Part shown: one piece after another, positions 40,031 to 53,141 of the stretch
Layout: each line of letters opens with the position of its first letter
How positions within the stretch are numbered: position 1 is the first letter of the stretch
Origin: Mytilus edulis
Lineage: Eukaryota
NCBI RefSeq assembly: GCF_963676685.1
Contig: NC_092350.1
Span: 15,066,001-15,130,000 of the forward strand
Direction of reading: 5' to 3'
Length of the DNA: 64,000 bases
Program-made: the position numbers and the translations under genes
The notes under the pieces: generated by a model
What the model was told of the DNA's origin: nothing
Seen by the model: the letters and a program-made list of their open reading frames with translations, nothing else
The model's database searches: none

Positions 40031-43000
40031 ATATTTCAATCCAGTGGTGTGACTGTAAAAGATGAGACAGACGAAATACAACACAGCGAAAACTTTAGCT
40101 GTTATATTAGTGGGATTAATGATGGTAAAGATATTTATTCCTGAAATGTATGTACAAATGAATACGAATACTATTAGTATACGCAATGTAACCTAATACG
40201 ATACATGGTCAGTAAATTCTATATAGAACGTCTCAAAGCGAGTGAAGCTCAAGCCCTGTATGGACTTTAATGTCATTGTATATATCATGTTTGGTCACTA
40301 GCACAATGTGTATCGAATTTATCTTATAGACTATCTAGTACCATACATAAGACAGTAAGTCACGCACTATCAATCAGTCTAGGAATCTGCCCAAATCTGC
40401 AAATTTGTAGACAGATGTGCAATTTTCTTCGTTTTACTGTTTATTTATATAAGGAAACTTGCTGATTTATTGCATTATCCGATATATTTAAACATACCGA
40501 ATATTTGTGTTTTAGAATTATAACTCTTTTAGTAAAAAATTATACTGGTCTGATAGGAAATTTTTTAATTTTTACTTGTAGCAAGAAAACAAGATCGGTG
40601 ACATCATTTTTTCTTTTTATCTTCTTAAAACATATTTTAAAACCTATCTTCTCGCAACTTATTTCAAAATTCTAGCTTAAAGACTTCTTTTTATGCACAA
40701 AAATGTGTTTTTGAATGATCATTCTCAGCAAATTTAGGATTTTCAACGACTCATAGCTTGAAAAATAGCACAGTGACACATCCTTTTTATTATATTTTTG
40801 AAAAGATCATAGAAAATCTTCATTTTAGAAAAGTTAAAAAAAAATCTATCTCGGGGAAACTTATACTTCAAAGTGAGAGAAATTATGGGCTCTAAGATAT
40901 GATTTGATTACAGCATGAACTATAATAATTATGTATTTTTACAATAAATGATACTTTGAGACTAGTAACACCGTTTTTTATTGTTAAAGTCGAACGTAAC
41001 TCTACCACTCTCCGTGTATTGGTTTTATAAAGAGACACCCCACAACTAATAACCGTATATTAGAATAAAACACGCCCAGTGACCAAAAAAATACAAAAAT
41101 ACACCTAATAAAGGGCATACGATACAGTAGAGATCCCTCGTTGATTTATTCTTAAAATTTTGATAGAAGGTCAATTTCAATGTGTACTTTTCAAATATAC
41201 AAAGAAAAATGTACCTTCAGGACTTACTTTTTGAGATGATTTGGTTCGAAATTTGCATATTTGGAAGAAAATCCCTGAAATTTCATCAATAATGACTTTT
41301 AAAGAAAGTAACAATACTTTTGAACGAAAAGTCATTACTTAACCGGTTTTGTTTGTAAAATATTTCCTTGATCCATGGCATCAACATGCTGAAACAAGTA
41401 TAAGGTTAAATCAAATCATCATGTTCCTGATTTTGATTGCTATATCCGAAATAAAGCAATTGACCATATTTTTGTGTCTTTTCGGAAGTGCAGAAAAAAT
41501 TTGATCGTTGATTTTTTCCTGAAAATTTGGCGGAGTGTTCTTGAAACAGTACTTGATTGATTTCAAAAGAAAAACATTGGGGTCCATGTGCTTGTTTTTT
41601 CAATAAAAGCCATACGTCTGTCAGTATGGCGCTTAATTACGTTAAATTAAGTTTTAATCGCAACAACGTCGTGTAATCATTCCCGCCATACACGAGTTCG
41701 CTGTCAATTATATGCTACGTAGATTTTCACTATTGAACCTGTAGCTATATACTAGTTGTTACATAAATATTGATAGCAGCTACGTAGCCGATTTGATCCG
41801 AATTCTCATTTATGATGCATTTCGTGTGTATTTTGAACTAAACAGTATTTAAGAATTCATCTCTTAAACTGCCAATGTTCATATCTTTCGCTATAAACAT
41901 AAACAAAAATATAAATTGACATTCAAACCCGTGCAACAGTATAATTCAATTTTTCTAGATATGTCTAATTTAATTTTATATCTAAAAACATATGTGTATC
42001 ATCGTTTTTCCTCATCGTATGATTATAGTCTTTGGGGCATGCTCAGTCAAAGAAATATTTATTTTTTAGGCATAGTGAGCTAGATAACAAAGTTGTTGTT
42101 AACCAAATTGAACTGAACTTTAATAACAACAGTCACAAACAAAGACAGGAATCTGAAAGGAGTAAAGAAGGGATAAAAGAAAACAGCCATAAGAATTTTA
42201 AGTTTTTTATATACGACTTACCTTCGTCACTTAATATTTCAATCCAGTGGTGTGACTGTAAAAGATGAGACAGACGAAATACAACACAGTGAAAACTTTA
42301 GCTGTTATATTAGTGGGATTAATGATGGTAAAGATATTTATTCCTGAAATGTATGTACAAATGAATACGAATACCATTAGTATACGCAATGTAACCTAAT
42401 ACGATACATGGTCAGTAAATTCTATATAGAACGTCTCAAAGCGAGCGAAGCTCAAGCCCTGTATGGACTTTAATGTCATTGTATATATCATGTTTGGTCA
42501 CTAGCACAATGTGTATCAAATTTATCTTATAGACTATCTAGTACCATACATAAGACAGTAAGTAACGCACTATCAATCAGTCTAGGAATCTGCCCAAATC
42601 TGCAAATTTGTAGACAGATGTGCAATTTTCTTCGTTTTACTGTTTATTTATATAAGGAAACTTGCTGATTTATTGCATTATCCGATATATTTAAACATAC
42701 CGAACATTTGTGTTTTAGAATTATAACTCTTTTAGTAAAAAATTATACTGGTCTGATAGGAAATTTTTTAATTTTTACTTGTAGCAGGAAAACAAGATCG
42801 GTGACATCATTTTTTCTTTTTATCTTCTTAAAACATATTTTAAAACCTATCTTCTTACAACTTATTTCAAAATTCTAGCAAAAAGACTTCTTTTTATGCA
42901 CAAAAATTTGTTTTTGAATGATCATTCTCAGCAAATTTAGGATTTTCAACGACTCATAGGTTGAAAAATAGCACGGTGACACATCCTTTTTATTATATTT

Positions 43001-44440
43001 TTGAAAAGATCATAGAAAATCTTCATTTTAGAAAAGTTAAAAAAAAATCTATCTCGGGTAAACTTATACTTCAAAGTGAGAGAAATTATGGGCTCTAAGA
43101 TATGATTTGATTACAGCATGAACATGTAATAATTATGTATTTTTACAATAAATGATACTTTGAGACTAGTAACACCGTTTTTTATTGTTAAAGTCGAACG
43201 TAACTCTACCACTCTCCGTGTATTGGTTTTATAAAGAGACACCCCACAACTAATAACCGTATATTAGAATAAAACACGCCCAGTGACCAAAAAAATACAA
43301 AAATACACCTAATAAAGGGCATACGATACAGTAGAGATCCCTCGTTGATTTATTCTTAAAATTTTGATAGAAGGTCAATTTCAATGTGTACTTTTCAAAT
43401 ATACAAAGAAAAAAGTACCTTCATGACTTACTTTTTGAGATGATTTGGTTTGAAATTTGCATATTTGGAAGAAAATCCCTGAAATTTCATCAATAATGAC
43501 TTTTAAAGAAAGTAACAATACTTTTGAACGAGAAGTCATAACTTAACCGGTTTTTTTTGTAAAATATTTCCTTGATCCATGGCATCAACATGCTGAAACA
43601 AGTATAAGGTTAAATCAAATCATCATGTTCCGGATTATGATTGCTATATCCGAAATAAAGCAATTGACCATATTTTTGTGTCTTTTCGGAAGTGCAGAAA
43701 AAATTTGATCGTTGATTTTTTCCTGAAAATTTGGCGGAGTGTTCTTGAAACAGTACTTGATTGATTTCAAAAGAAAAACATTGGGGTCCATGTGCTTGTT
43801 TTTTCAATAAAAGCCATACGTCTGTCAGTATGGCGCTTAATTACGTTAAATTAAGTTTTAATCGCAACAACGTCGTGTAATCATTCCCGCCATACACGAG
43901 TTCGCTGTCAAGTATATGCTACGTAGATTTTCACTATTGAACCTGTAGCTATATACTAGTTGTTACATAAATATTGATAGCAGCTACGTAGCCGATTTGA
44001 TCCGAATTCTCATTTATGATGCATTTCGTGTGTATTTTGAACTAAACAGTATTTAAGAATTCATCTCTTAAACTGCCGATGTTCATATCTTTCGCTATAA
44101 ACATAAACAAAAATATAAATTGACATTCAAACCCGTGCAACAGTATCATTCAATTTTTCTAGATATGTCTAATTTAATTTTATATCTAAAAACATATGTG
44201 TATCATCGTTTTTCCTCATCGTATGATTATAGTCTTTGGGGCATGCTCAGTCAAAGAAATATTTATTTTTTAGGCATAGTGAGCTAGATAACAAAGTTGT
44301 TGTTAACCAAATTGAACTGAACTTTAATAACAACAGTCACAAACAAAGACAGGAATCTGAAAGGAGTAAAGAAGGGATAAAAGAAAACAGCCATAAGAAT
44401 TTTAAGTTTTTTATATACGACTTACCTTCGTCACTTAATA
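40031..44440 (+). repeat. Recent 2.2-kb tandem duplication (40031-42236 / 42234-44440)
   Basis: Near-identical copies with period ~2203-2204 bp; paired ORFs 41406/43610 and 42032/44236; ATA microhomology at the junction. Confidence 0.95.
41959..42236 (+). pseudogene. Truncated duplicate of the 5' part of the GT47 exon
   Basis: Same sequence as 44163-44440; the coding match stops at FFIYDLPSSLN, at the duplication junction. Confidence 0.85.
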
Positions 44441-45546
44441 AAGACATAATACCATGCGTTATGAAAAGACTAGGAAATTGCTTTGGCTTGCTCAGCCATG
44501 GGTTTGGAATTGAAATGTTCCGAACCGGAAAACATCAGGATATATCTGTGCGGAGCACAAATCAATTTAGCCTTGAAGTGGTCATGCATAACAAACTTCT
44601 ACATAATCGTTTACGTACCATGAATATGTCTGAAGCTGATATATTTTACATACCGGCCTACCTAGGATTGATGTCCTTTTGTAACAGAAAAGAAACTAAA
44701 GATAGAATTCAAATATTAAAACGGTTTCTTGCAAAAAGTGATTTTTTTCTCCGAGGACTACCACATTTTTCATCAGCCTCTAAAATAGAGCGTGAAATGT
44801 ATTTCTATTTTAATGAAGGTTTTACTAAAACTATAACTTTTCTTGGTATTGAAAAGCAACGAAGTCAGATTGAAAATACGCATGTTATTACTGTTCCTTA
44901 TCCATCCTATTTGCATCATGATTTAGGGGGTCAATCGTATTTAACAACAGAACTTTCAGAAAGAGATATTTTCATACTGTTGGCAGCAGGAGAGAGGCGA
45001 AGCAATCGAGATCGAGCTAAACTGATGGATCAATTTGAAATTACTACTAAAATGTCTTATTCTGCGTTCAAAAATCACAAACGGGGTAAATCATCAGATA
45101 TGGTTTTATTCTTTACGAACGAATGTAGTGCTAGGGCAATAGAAAACACTATACCATGGATGCTAAAATCTGTATTTTGTTTGCAACCGCCAGGGGACTC
45201 ACCGACTAGAAAATCATTTTACGACGCTATGTTAAGTGGATGCATACCTGTTATATTAACAGAGGGGCAATACAATCCGTACCCTTTCCAAAGATTTTTG
45301 AAATACGATGATTTTTCGGTGTTGATACCCTTAAGGAACATAACTTCAGAGAATCAAAGTATTTATACCATACTTAGAGGAATTCAGAGAAGTGAAATTG
45401 AAAGATTATACAAAAACATTCGCCTAGTGGCTAAATTTTATCAATATTCTTTAATAGGAAAAGGGAAGTTCAATGAAAGTGACGCTCTTCAACCTATATT
45501 TGCTGAGTTGGCTCATGCCTATAATCTGAACTATTCTTCGGACTAA
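44236..45546 (+). CDS. GT47 (exostosin-domain) glycosyltransferase, MUR3/KATAMARI1-like; N-terminus unresolved or disrupted
   Basis: Motifs FFIYDLPSSLN, TNQFSLEV, ADIFYIPAY, VPYPSYLH and SVFCLQPPGDSPTRKSFYDAMLSGCIPV. The catalytic domain is in one uninterrupted exon. In-frame stops lie just upstream of the ORF, and there is no GT64 domain. Confidence 0.85.
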   Translation: MGHAQSKKYLFFRHSELDNKVVVNQIELNFNNNSHKQRQESERSKEGIKENSHKNFKFFIYDLPSSLNKDIIPCVMKRLGNCFGLLSHGFGIEMFRTGKHQDISVRSTNQFSLEVVMHNKLLHNRLRTMNMSEADIFYIPAYLGLMSFCNRKETKDRIQILKRFLAKSDFFLRGLPHFSSASKIEREMYFYFNEGFTKTITFLGIEKQRSQIENTHVITVPYPSYLHHDLGGQSYLTTELSERDIFILLAAGERRSNRDRAKLMDQFEITTKMSYSAFKNHKRGKSSDMVLFFTNECSARAIENTIPWMLKSVFCLQPPGDSPTRKSFYDAMLSGCIPVILTEGQYNPYPFQRFLKYDDFSVLIPLRNITSENQSIYTILRGIQRSEIERLYKNIRLVAKFYQYSLIGKGKFNESDALQPIFAELAHAYNLNYSSD

Positions 45547-47299
45547 GTTTATATTTGTGTATATTAAGGTAAACATCTGATTATACGCATTCCACGAATG
45601 CATAATTTGACTGTTTCGAAAAAAGATCTAAAGTAAAAAAGGAAAGTAGACCAATTATCTCATTTTCACAAATCATCTCAACTGTCATTTATGAATTATT
45701 TTTTTTAAGCCGCATGTAGTTATTATGCTACTAATATATAGCGAAAACGCTAACCACAAACAGTATTCATATTAAGGTAAAAGACTTAAAGGAATGTTTA
45801 ATAAAATGCTAATTTTATGTATCTCAAATAATTTTGGTATTCTTGGAAAAAAATGGTTAGTTTAAAATGATCACTAGTAAATTAATATCAATCATAATTA
45901 AAAAATCATGAAAAATAAACGTCTTTTTCAATTTTGATTAAACTTAGTATTTTTATCACTACTGACAAGTACAATCAACTGATGATCTTTGATATAAAGT
46001 TTTGGATGCAAATTAGTTTTAAAAATCGTTTTTATAGAAATTTTAATATTTATATTATTTATTCACCATGTGGTAAAATCTTCATGAATATGTTGACAAA
46101 ACGTGAGAGGATTTACATTACTCTGCAAATAACAAAAGAATAGACATAGCCATTTGTTCTGGTAATGAGTCCGTTGATTCTAGAATAAAAAGGCTTTGCG
46201 CATGGATTGTGTTTTCAAATCACTTAATTTGGAACAGTTGAATGGAGGTCATGATTTACATTCTAGAATCACTTAGTAAAATGGCACAAATCCTATCAAA
46301 TCAAATGATAAAAAAAATCTAAAAAAAAAACTGGTCAGGAAACGCGAAGTTAAATAACAGTCGCTGATTAAAAGAACCAGTAAAAAATTCAGACACAGTT
46401 GCGTTGATTCAACAAGACCAATAACTGAGGTGTATTTCTATGGTAATGTATCTGACGATCTACATTATGCATCGGTATTTATAATCGACAAGAAGAGAAC
46501 ATAATGTGAACTTGAAATGACACTGTGATTTTAGGTAAACTAAGAGCTGGAGTTTTAATATAACTGGAAGCGAAGTATTATGCTGAATATGTAATAAAAA
46601 TTAACAATAATAAATAATTAATAAATATGTTATGAAACTCGTCCCTAATTTTGTTCAATTCGTATAACGTGCAAACTATTTTCACGTTAGAATTTTGCCA
46701 TCTTCCCTATGGGTAGCTTGTGATTTGTTGGCATACACTTGCAGAGTTCAATTATTTCGTAATTTACCAAAATATGAAGATTACTCTCATATTTTTTGTT
46801 ATAAAATCACAAAAATACTGAACTCAAAGGAAAATTCAAAACGGAAAATCCCTTATCAACAGGCAAAATCAAAAGCTCAAACAGACCAAACGAACATATG
46901 GTTACAAACGAGTTATCCATTTCACATGCCGCTTATCTTGTACTTTAGCAACCGGTTTTACAAATCATCCCTTGTCAATAAAATTAAATATATTAAATAT
47001 AACCACAATTATTGAGTATACTCGTTATGATCAATAACCATGAAGACCCTTTATTATTACTAATGCTCAATTGATTAATCAATGTGTATGTTAAAGAGGA
47101 CAGTTTAATTTCGTCTATTAAATTCGTCTATTAATTGAACAAATGTTGACTTTATTTATATTTCGAGAGTACACATTCCTAGTTCGACATAAACCTTTTA
47201 AGACGATTTCAGTTGTAAAATTTGTTAAAAACTTCAAGTGAACCTTTAAATGACACTGATAGCGTTGTTTCCTGTTCATCATATTTTGCAACCGGACAA

Positions 47300-49754
47300 A
47301 ATAGCGGGCACAACCATGTTTTGATTAACTGAATTCTAATAGACAAATTGTGTAATCTTCCAAGCTTAAATCTTCATACTTCAGACCTTTGCGAGAGTCT
47401 TCTCCTTTTGCGTTTTTAAAGTTTCTATTATGGTTGACTGTCTCTATTATGTTTCCCCTTTTTCGAAATTTAATTGCACTTGGAATTCTTTCCCTCGAAA
47501 TTATTACTATCTTTGTTTTGTTTACATTCACCTTTATTTTTGCATTTCTTCACCTACCATGCAATTTCAACTATAAGCAAAACTACAACAATTTTGTCTA
47601 TGAAAGGGAAGGAGGATGGGTTGTAATGTTTTGTTCAAAGATTATTTTTTTTACCTGAAGCTGAATATTCAAAAAATGCACTGTCTGTTAAATCCCCGAG
47701 AGACAAACCTGTTTCCAATTACAAAAAAAAAACAAAAAACAACAACAACACATTATTCGCTGAACACGGTGTCGGATTCTTAAAAGTAGGTCCGACTGAA
47801 TTGAGTCAAGTTGAACTGGGTTATAAGTTTTATCAAATATTTCAGGGAGGTCATTAATGAATAATTAAAAAAGGTTAGGACTAAGATTTATTGACATGAT
47901 TTATTGTATTCTTTCTTAAATTCACGGTTCATTAATAAAGACATTATTAAGAATCTAAGGTTCCAATTCCCAGGAAAAGTTAATGATAGATGAATTTGGC
48001 TATCATATGTATGTCCCTTTCACAGTCGTGCAATAGCACATAACGTATCCATGTACTTGCACATCATTGCAGAAAATGTGATTCAAATGTTCCAGCAGCA
48101 GAATGGCGTCAGATGAACGACATTTCTTTTAAAAAGTGTTACTTTGGCTTGATGTCACGCTTTGTCCGACAAACATATCGTAAAAATGTCAACACTCGAC
48201 CGCATTTTGTGCGAATTATCACATTTTTATAGTTAATTAACACTACACGATTTCTAGCAATGTCAATAGAGGACATGCAGCCCACTTAACATGTGTTGGC
48301 CTTTGTAATGCGAATAGATAACCACACATAACCCAGAGGTACAACACTTAATGAACTAGGGAAATCCTTGGTACAGATATGACAGAGAGACCCTCTTGTA
48401 CAGGAAAAAAATCACTAATCTTTTAAATTAAATAATTTTCTTATTGAAAAAGCTAGACATTATACATACTTTTAAATGATAAAAACAATAACAATCAACC
48501 GAAATTAAAACTTTACTTCATATATTTGACCACACAGTAAAACCAATTTAAACTTATGGAAGTGAAATTTGTGGCGCTTTAGATTAAAAAAGTTAACTGA
48601 AAAAGGAGATTGTTATTTTGAAAAATTATATAAACAACTGTTCATTCAAAAATCTGTAAATTATTACTCGGAGTAAGAAAGAGAAGCACAAACATGGCAG
48701 TGATGGGTGAGCTAAGTTATAATTAATATGTTTTTATACTTTTATCATCACGTTTAAACAGTAAAAATGATTGTCTGAAGCTCTCCTTGTATCAAAAGCC
48801 TTATCAAACCATTGTAAGAAAAGTTGGTATAATTCTATGAGATCATTAGCAAAATACTTAGACATAGATTTATCACAAGTTTTTAATATGAAAGATTTAT
48901 GTTATACATACTAAAATTATAGTATAATAAGTTGTTATATTCTTCTTTAAACGATAAAAAAAAATGTCATTTGGAAATAAACTTAAAACATACAGACTTT
49001 TTAAGAGAAATATAAATTTTGAACCTTGTATGTCTATAGGCAATAGGAATCCGAGAATTCAGATGACAAAATTCAGAACAATTTACCTTGATCTAGAAAT
49101 AGAGAGAGGCAGATACAGGGGACTGCAGGCAATGGATAAAATTTGTAATCTTTGTAAGAAAGAAGTGGAAGATGAACTTTATTTTGTACTTAAATGTTCA
49201 TATTTAGAAAGTGAAAGAGTTTCCATTATTTCCAACATAGTTAAAAGTTACAAAATTTTTCACAATTTAGATTATCAATCACACAATTCATTTTGCTAAT
49301 GTCCAATGAAGATAGTCATATTTTTAATCAAGTGAGCAAATTGATTAATAGTTTAAATGTTGTTCGAAAACAACTATTACAAACTTAGTGAAGTTATAGA
49401 TTTGACTGTCAAAAAGACAGAGGCATAATGTAGATTTATGGAATTCTAGCTTGTTATTGTATGCATGCTTATAAAAGCACCAGGGGAAAAACCAGAATAT
49501 TAAAATCAAGTTTCCTATATTTTTTAGGATCACTTTATTTGTCAAAGTTCAAACATGCTACATTGTTTTATAAATATACATTAGTTTGTGGCTATTCTTT
49601 TTTTATTTTATTTTCATTGTAATCATAGATTTAATTGTATTCAAATAATTGTTATCATTTTGTAATCATTTGCACTAAATTTAACTTGTGATTATTCTTC
49701 CTGTAATGGGCGTCTTTAATTGACAATACAATATATTTGATTTGATTTGATTTG
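47300..49754 (+). mobile_element. 5'-truncated non-LTR retrotransposon relic (RTEX/L2-type C-terminus) with an inverted 5' piece
   Basis: Plus strand 48480-49300 has frameshifted remnants FDHTVKPI..YGSEI, LLGVRKRSTNMAVMGEL and KFR...LEIERGRY...ICNLC..EVEDELYFVLKC. A (TTTGA)n tail lies at 49736-49754. Minus strand 47325-47550 has KVNVNKTKIVI from the end of the RT domain. Confidence 0.8.
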
Positions 49755-50125
49755 TCAATATAAGGCAATAAAGTCCTGTCATCATTGTTATCATTGTTCT
49801 TTTAAAAGTTTAGAGGGTCGTGCAGAATATAAAGATGTTCACTTGCAGTCACATGAAAGGCATTCCAATATTCTTACACCTCCGACTACAAACGCTGTCA
49901 AATTAAGAATATTACTGTCTAAATAGGGATTGTTTTCTCACGATTCAAGCACAATACTACCTTTAGTCGGTTTTGAATGAGACAGGTTCAAATCTGATCG
50001 ATGAATTCTTCAATTGCGAGTATTTCATTGTCGATGGATTTGAACGAGCCGCACTTGTTCCCTACGAAACCTTACAGGAAGTTGTGGCCATTTGATTGGT
50101 CGTTGGAACAAAGTGTTGAAACTAT

Positions 50126-51294
50126 TATGGCAAGCCGTTCTCGTCAATACTATGTTTAAACCCTTTTTTTTCGAAAAAAAAATACACACTGACATTTAAA
50201 AACACAAAATAACACACTGAGAAATCGAAATTACACACTGAGATTTAAAAAAATAAAAAACACACACTGAGAATTCAAAATTACACACTGAGAAGTCAAA
50301 ATTACACACTGAGATTTTAAAAAGATACACTGAGATGAAATAAATTGAAAAACACACTGAGATTTCAAAAATACACACTGAGATTAATATGCAAATTACT
50401 AATATATATTCCTGAGATGAACAATTCAACAGATTAATATCTTAATCTCAAGAACTCTTGTCATTATAATGAAATGCGATTCCTTCGACTAACATTCGTA
50501 ATAAAAAACTCATATTCATAAGTTTATTGCCTATAATTCAGATTATTACTACCAGTGTATCTTTTTTTTTTTTTTTTTTTTTTTTTTAACTTAAAACCGT
50601 TTAAGCGTGAGACCCTTTTCAAACGTCTTCCAACTGTTACATTGATTTCGCAAGGTAATCTTTTATATTTTTGTTGCGTTTATATGCTATAATAGACACT
50701 TGAGTAAAAATTTCACTGCATTCTTTGTTTTTTTTTGCAGATTGTTCCAATGTTTTCTTATAATTTTAATAAAGTTTTTCACCATTTCATTATATTTTGT
50801 AATAAGAGTAAGTGGGTATTTTTCTTGTTATAGTATTTCTAATTTGTTTTTTTTTAAAATAAATCGAAGGACTGACGAGTTCTTTCCCCTAGTTGTTTTA
50901 AGCTTGTAATAGATTCAATTTAAGTATGCTAATTAGATACGTGCGCATGAAAAGTGCGCACAAATCTCAGTGTGTAATTTTAAATTCTCAGTGTGTAATT
51001 TCAAATTCTCATTGTGTGTTTTCAGTCTATTTATTCTCATTGTGTCTTTTTGAAATCTTAGTGTGTACTTTTCAATTCTCAGTGTGTAATTTGCAATTTC
51101 CAGTGTGTAATTCTCAATTCTTAGTGTGTGTTTTTCATTTTTGTAATCTTGGTGCTTCTATATGAAATTTCAGTGTGCAATTTTTAATTCTCAGTGCGTA
51201 AGTTTTAATTCTCAGAGTGCTTTGTTGTAATTCTCAATGTGTAAAATGTCGAAAAATGGTTTAAACATAGTTTTGACGAGAACGGCTTGCAATA
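50126..51294. mobile_element. Foldback-like TIR element with 6-bp target-site duplication
   Basis: ~37-bp TIRs tatggcaagccgttctcgtcaatactatgtttaaacc / ggtttaaacatagttttgacgagaacggcttgcaata, AACTAT on both flanks, and mirror-image ~22-bp arrays (acacactgaga at 50183-50385; tctcagtgtgt at 50964-51243). Confidence 0.85.
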
Positions 51295-53141
51295 AACTAT
51301 GCAGTCTGTGAATCAAGAGTTCTTTTTTCAAGGCAAACAATGACAAATATGATGAGATGTTACAAATTCATTCATCCTGATATGCCGGGTCAGGTATTTT
51401 TCTTTTCTTGACGTAGTGTTTTTCGTGTCATGATTAAACTGTTCAAGTTTGTTGCATTCGGCACACAAGTCTGCTTATGATAGTATGATTCATCATGAAA
51501 GCGACCATACATATACATGTATTCTAAGACTGCTTACAACAGTACTTCCTAGCATCTTGCCAGCGTTTGCATACATTGTATAAATACGGTAACCCAATCA
51601 CATACAAATGATCGTGTTCATATTGTCGCAATAGTTTATTGTCGCAATAAGTTACACGCAAAAACACGTTTAAACAATCAAAATCGTATCATTAACATTT
51701 TAACTTAACAAATTTGTAACACTTTGATTTTTATAATTTTTATCTTGAATTTGGTGATGACAAGGAATTGTATATTTAAATATACAATTCCTTGGTGATG
51801 ATTATCATTTGTCTGATACATATTGGTTGCCATTAAAAACAATCAATTAATTATACTGTTCTGTTGTCTGCATTCAAGTTATACTATTTATTTTATAAAG
51901 AGTCATATTATCATTTGATATTATCTAAATGTTTCCGTTCATTATACAGTTTATCATTTTTCTTTTATCGCAATTTCATTGTCAATTTTGATTTTTGATT
52001 GATGAGTTTGAATATTTGCTTCTCTTTTAGTTCAATTAAAGATAATTTTATTCATTTGTTCTGGTGTAGTATGAACGGATAATCTGTGTTGTTCAGTCTT
52101 TCAATTTTACATTTTTTGTAGATTATTGAATATTGTTTGTCTTTTAGTTGTATGTTTGTCATTATTTTTGTCAGTCTCTCATCGAGTTATAAGTCTGCTT
52201 TTGGTATTTACTGCCACTTTTTAAGTGCCTATATGATAATACTTTAAAATGTTTCATAAAATGAAATTAAAATCTTGTTCACAGTTTGAATAGTTGTTTA
52301 AGACAGTTTTGATACAATATCGCAAATTGTGAATGTTTTTCTTAAATGTTGGATTGAAGGACACCGCGAATCAATTAGTAGCATAATCAAATAAATGTTC
52401 TGATAGCACATTGATATTGGTTTGGAATGTCATTTATGAGTTAATTAATAAAACGTTGCCACAATTTTAGATTCGATCAATTTTTAGCCCTTTGAAGATT
52501 TGTAATTTAGCGAAGTACCCAATATTAATAAAAGTGCGTAAGTTTCTCATGACGCCATCATAATGTACATTTAAGTAAAAATTGGAAGTCGTTTTGAAAA
52601 TGGCACTGACTTGAAATCAATTCTATGGAAAATTAACCTTCATCTTTTAACCAAACAATTAAAAATTAGATTTAATACAAAAATATAGCTCCCTAGTCTT
52701 TTCTACGTGAACGTTTAATCACCTACAAGTATCTAATCATAAGATGCCTCGTGTATAAGTCACAAATTTATTTATATTTCTCCTAAATTCCAAATATTGG
52801 TTATAGCAACAACAACAAAAAATGTGTATTGAACTGTTAGTCGATAAATTTAAATCTAAAGTTGAAACATGTGTTCTTTCTTTTTTATATTGATTGTATC
52901 ATTGGATGGAAAACATACATAATAAATTTGGTAAACAATGATAATTGAGAAAGCACACGTCTACTGAACGGAACGTAGCTTTATTTAACATTTTATAACA
53001 TAAAACAGCAACAAACATAAATATTCATAAAACATTTGCAATAACTCCTTTATATTTCCTTCAATTTCAACCATGGATGGATAAAGTATGACGAAACAGA
53101 ATTTACAAACTTCCAGTAAAACAGCGGTATCATTAAACATT

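Noticed and set aside
41406-43807. Duplicated 65-aa minus-strand ORFs as a gene pair
   Set aside because: Their identity simply reflects the tandem duplication; there are no splice signals or recognisable domain.
44236-45546. EXT1/EXT2 ortholog or plant contamination
   Set aside because: It has no GT64 domain and non-EXT motifs. Composition and flanking repeats match the surrounding animal DNA.
50183-51243. ORFs 50196-50429 and 50926-51165 as Cys-rich proteins
   Set aside because: They are translations of the 22-bp arrays in the foldback element.
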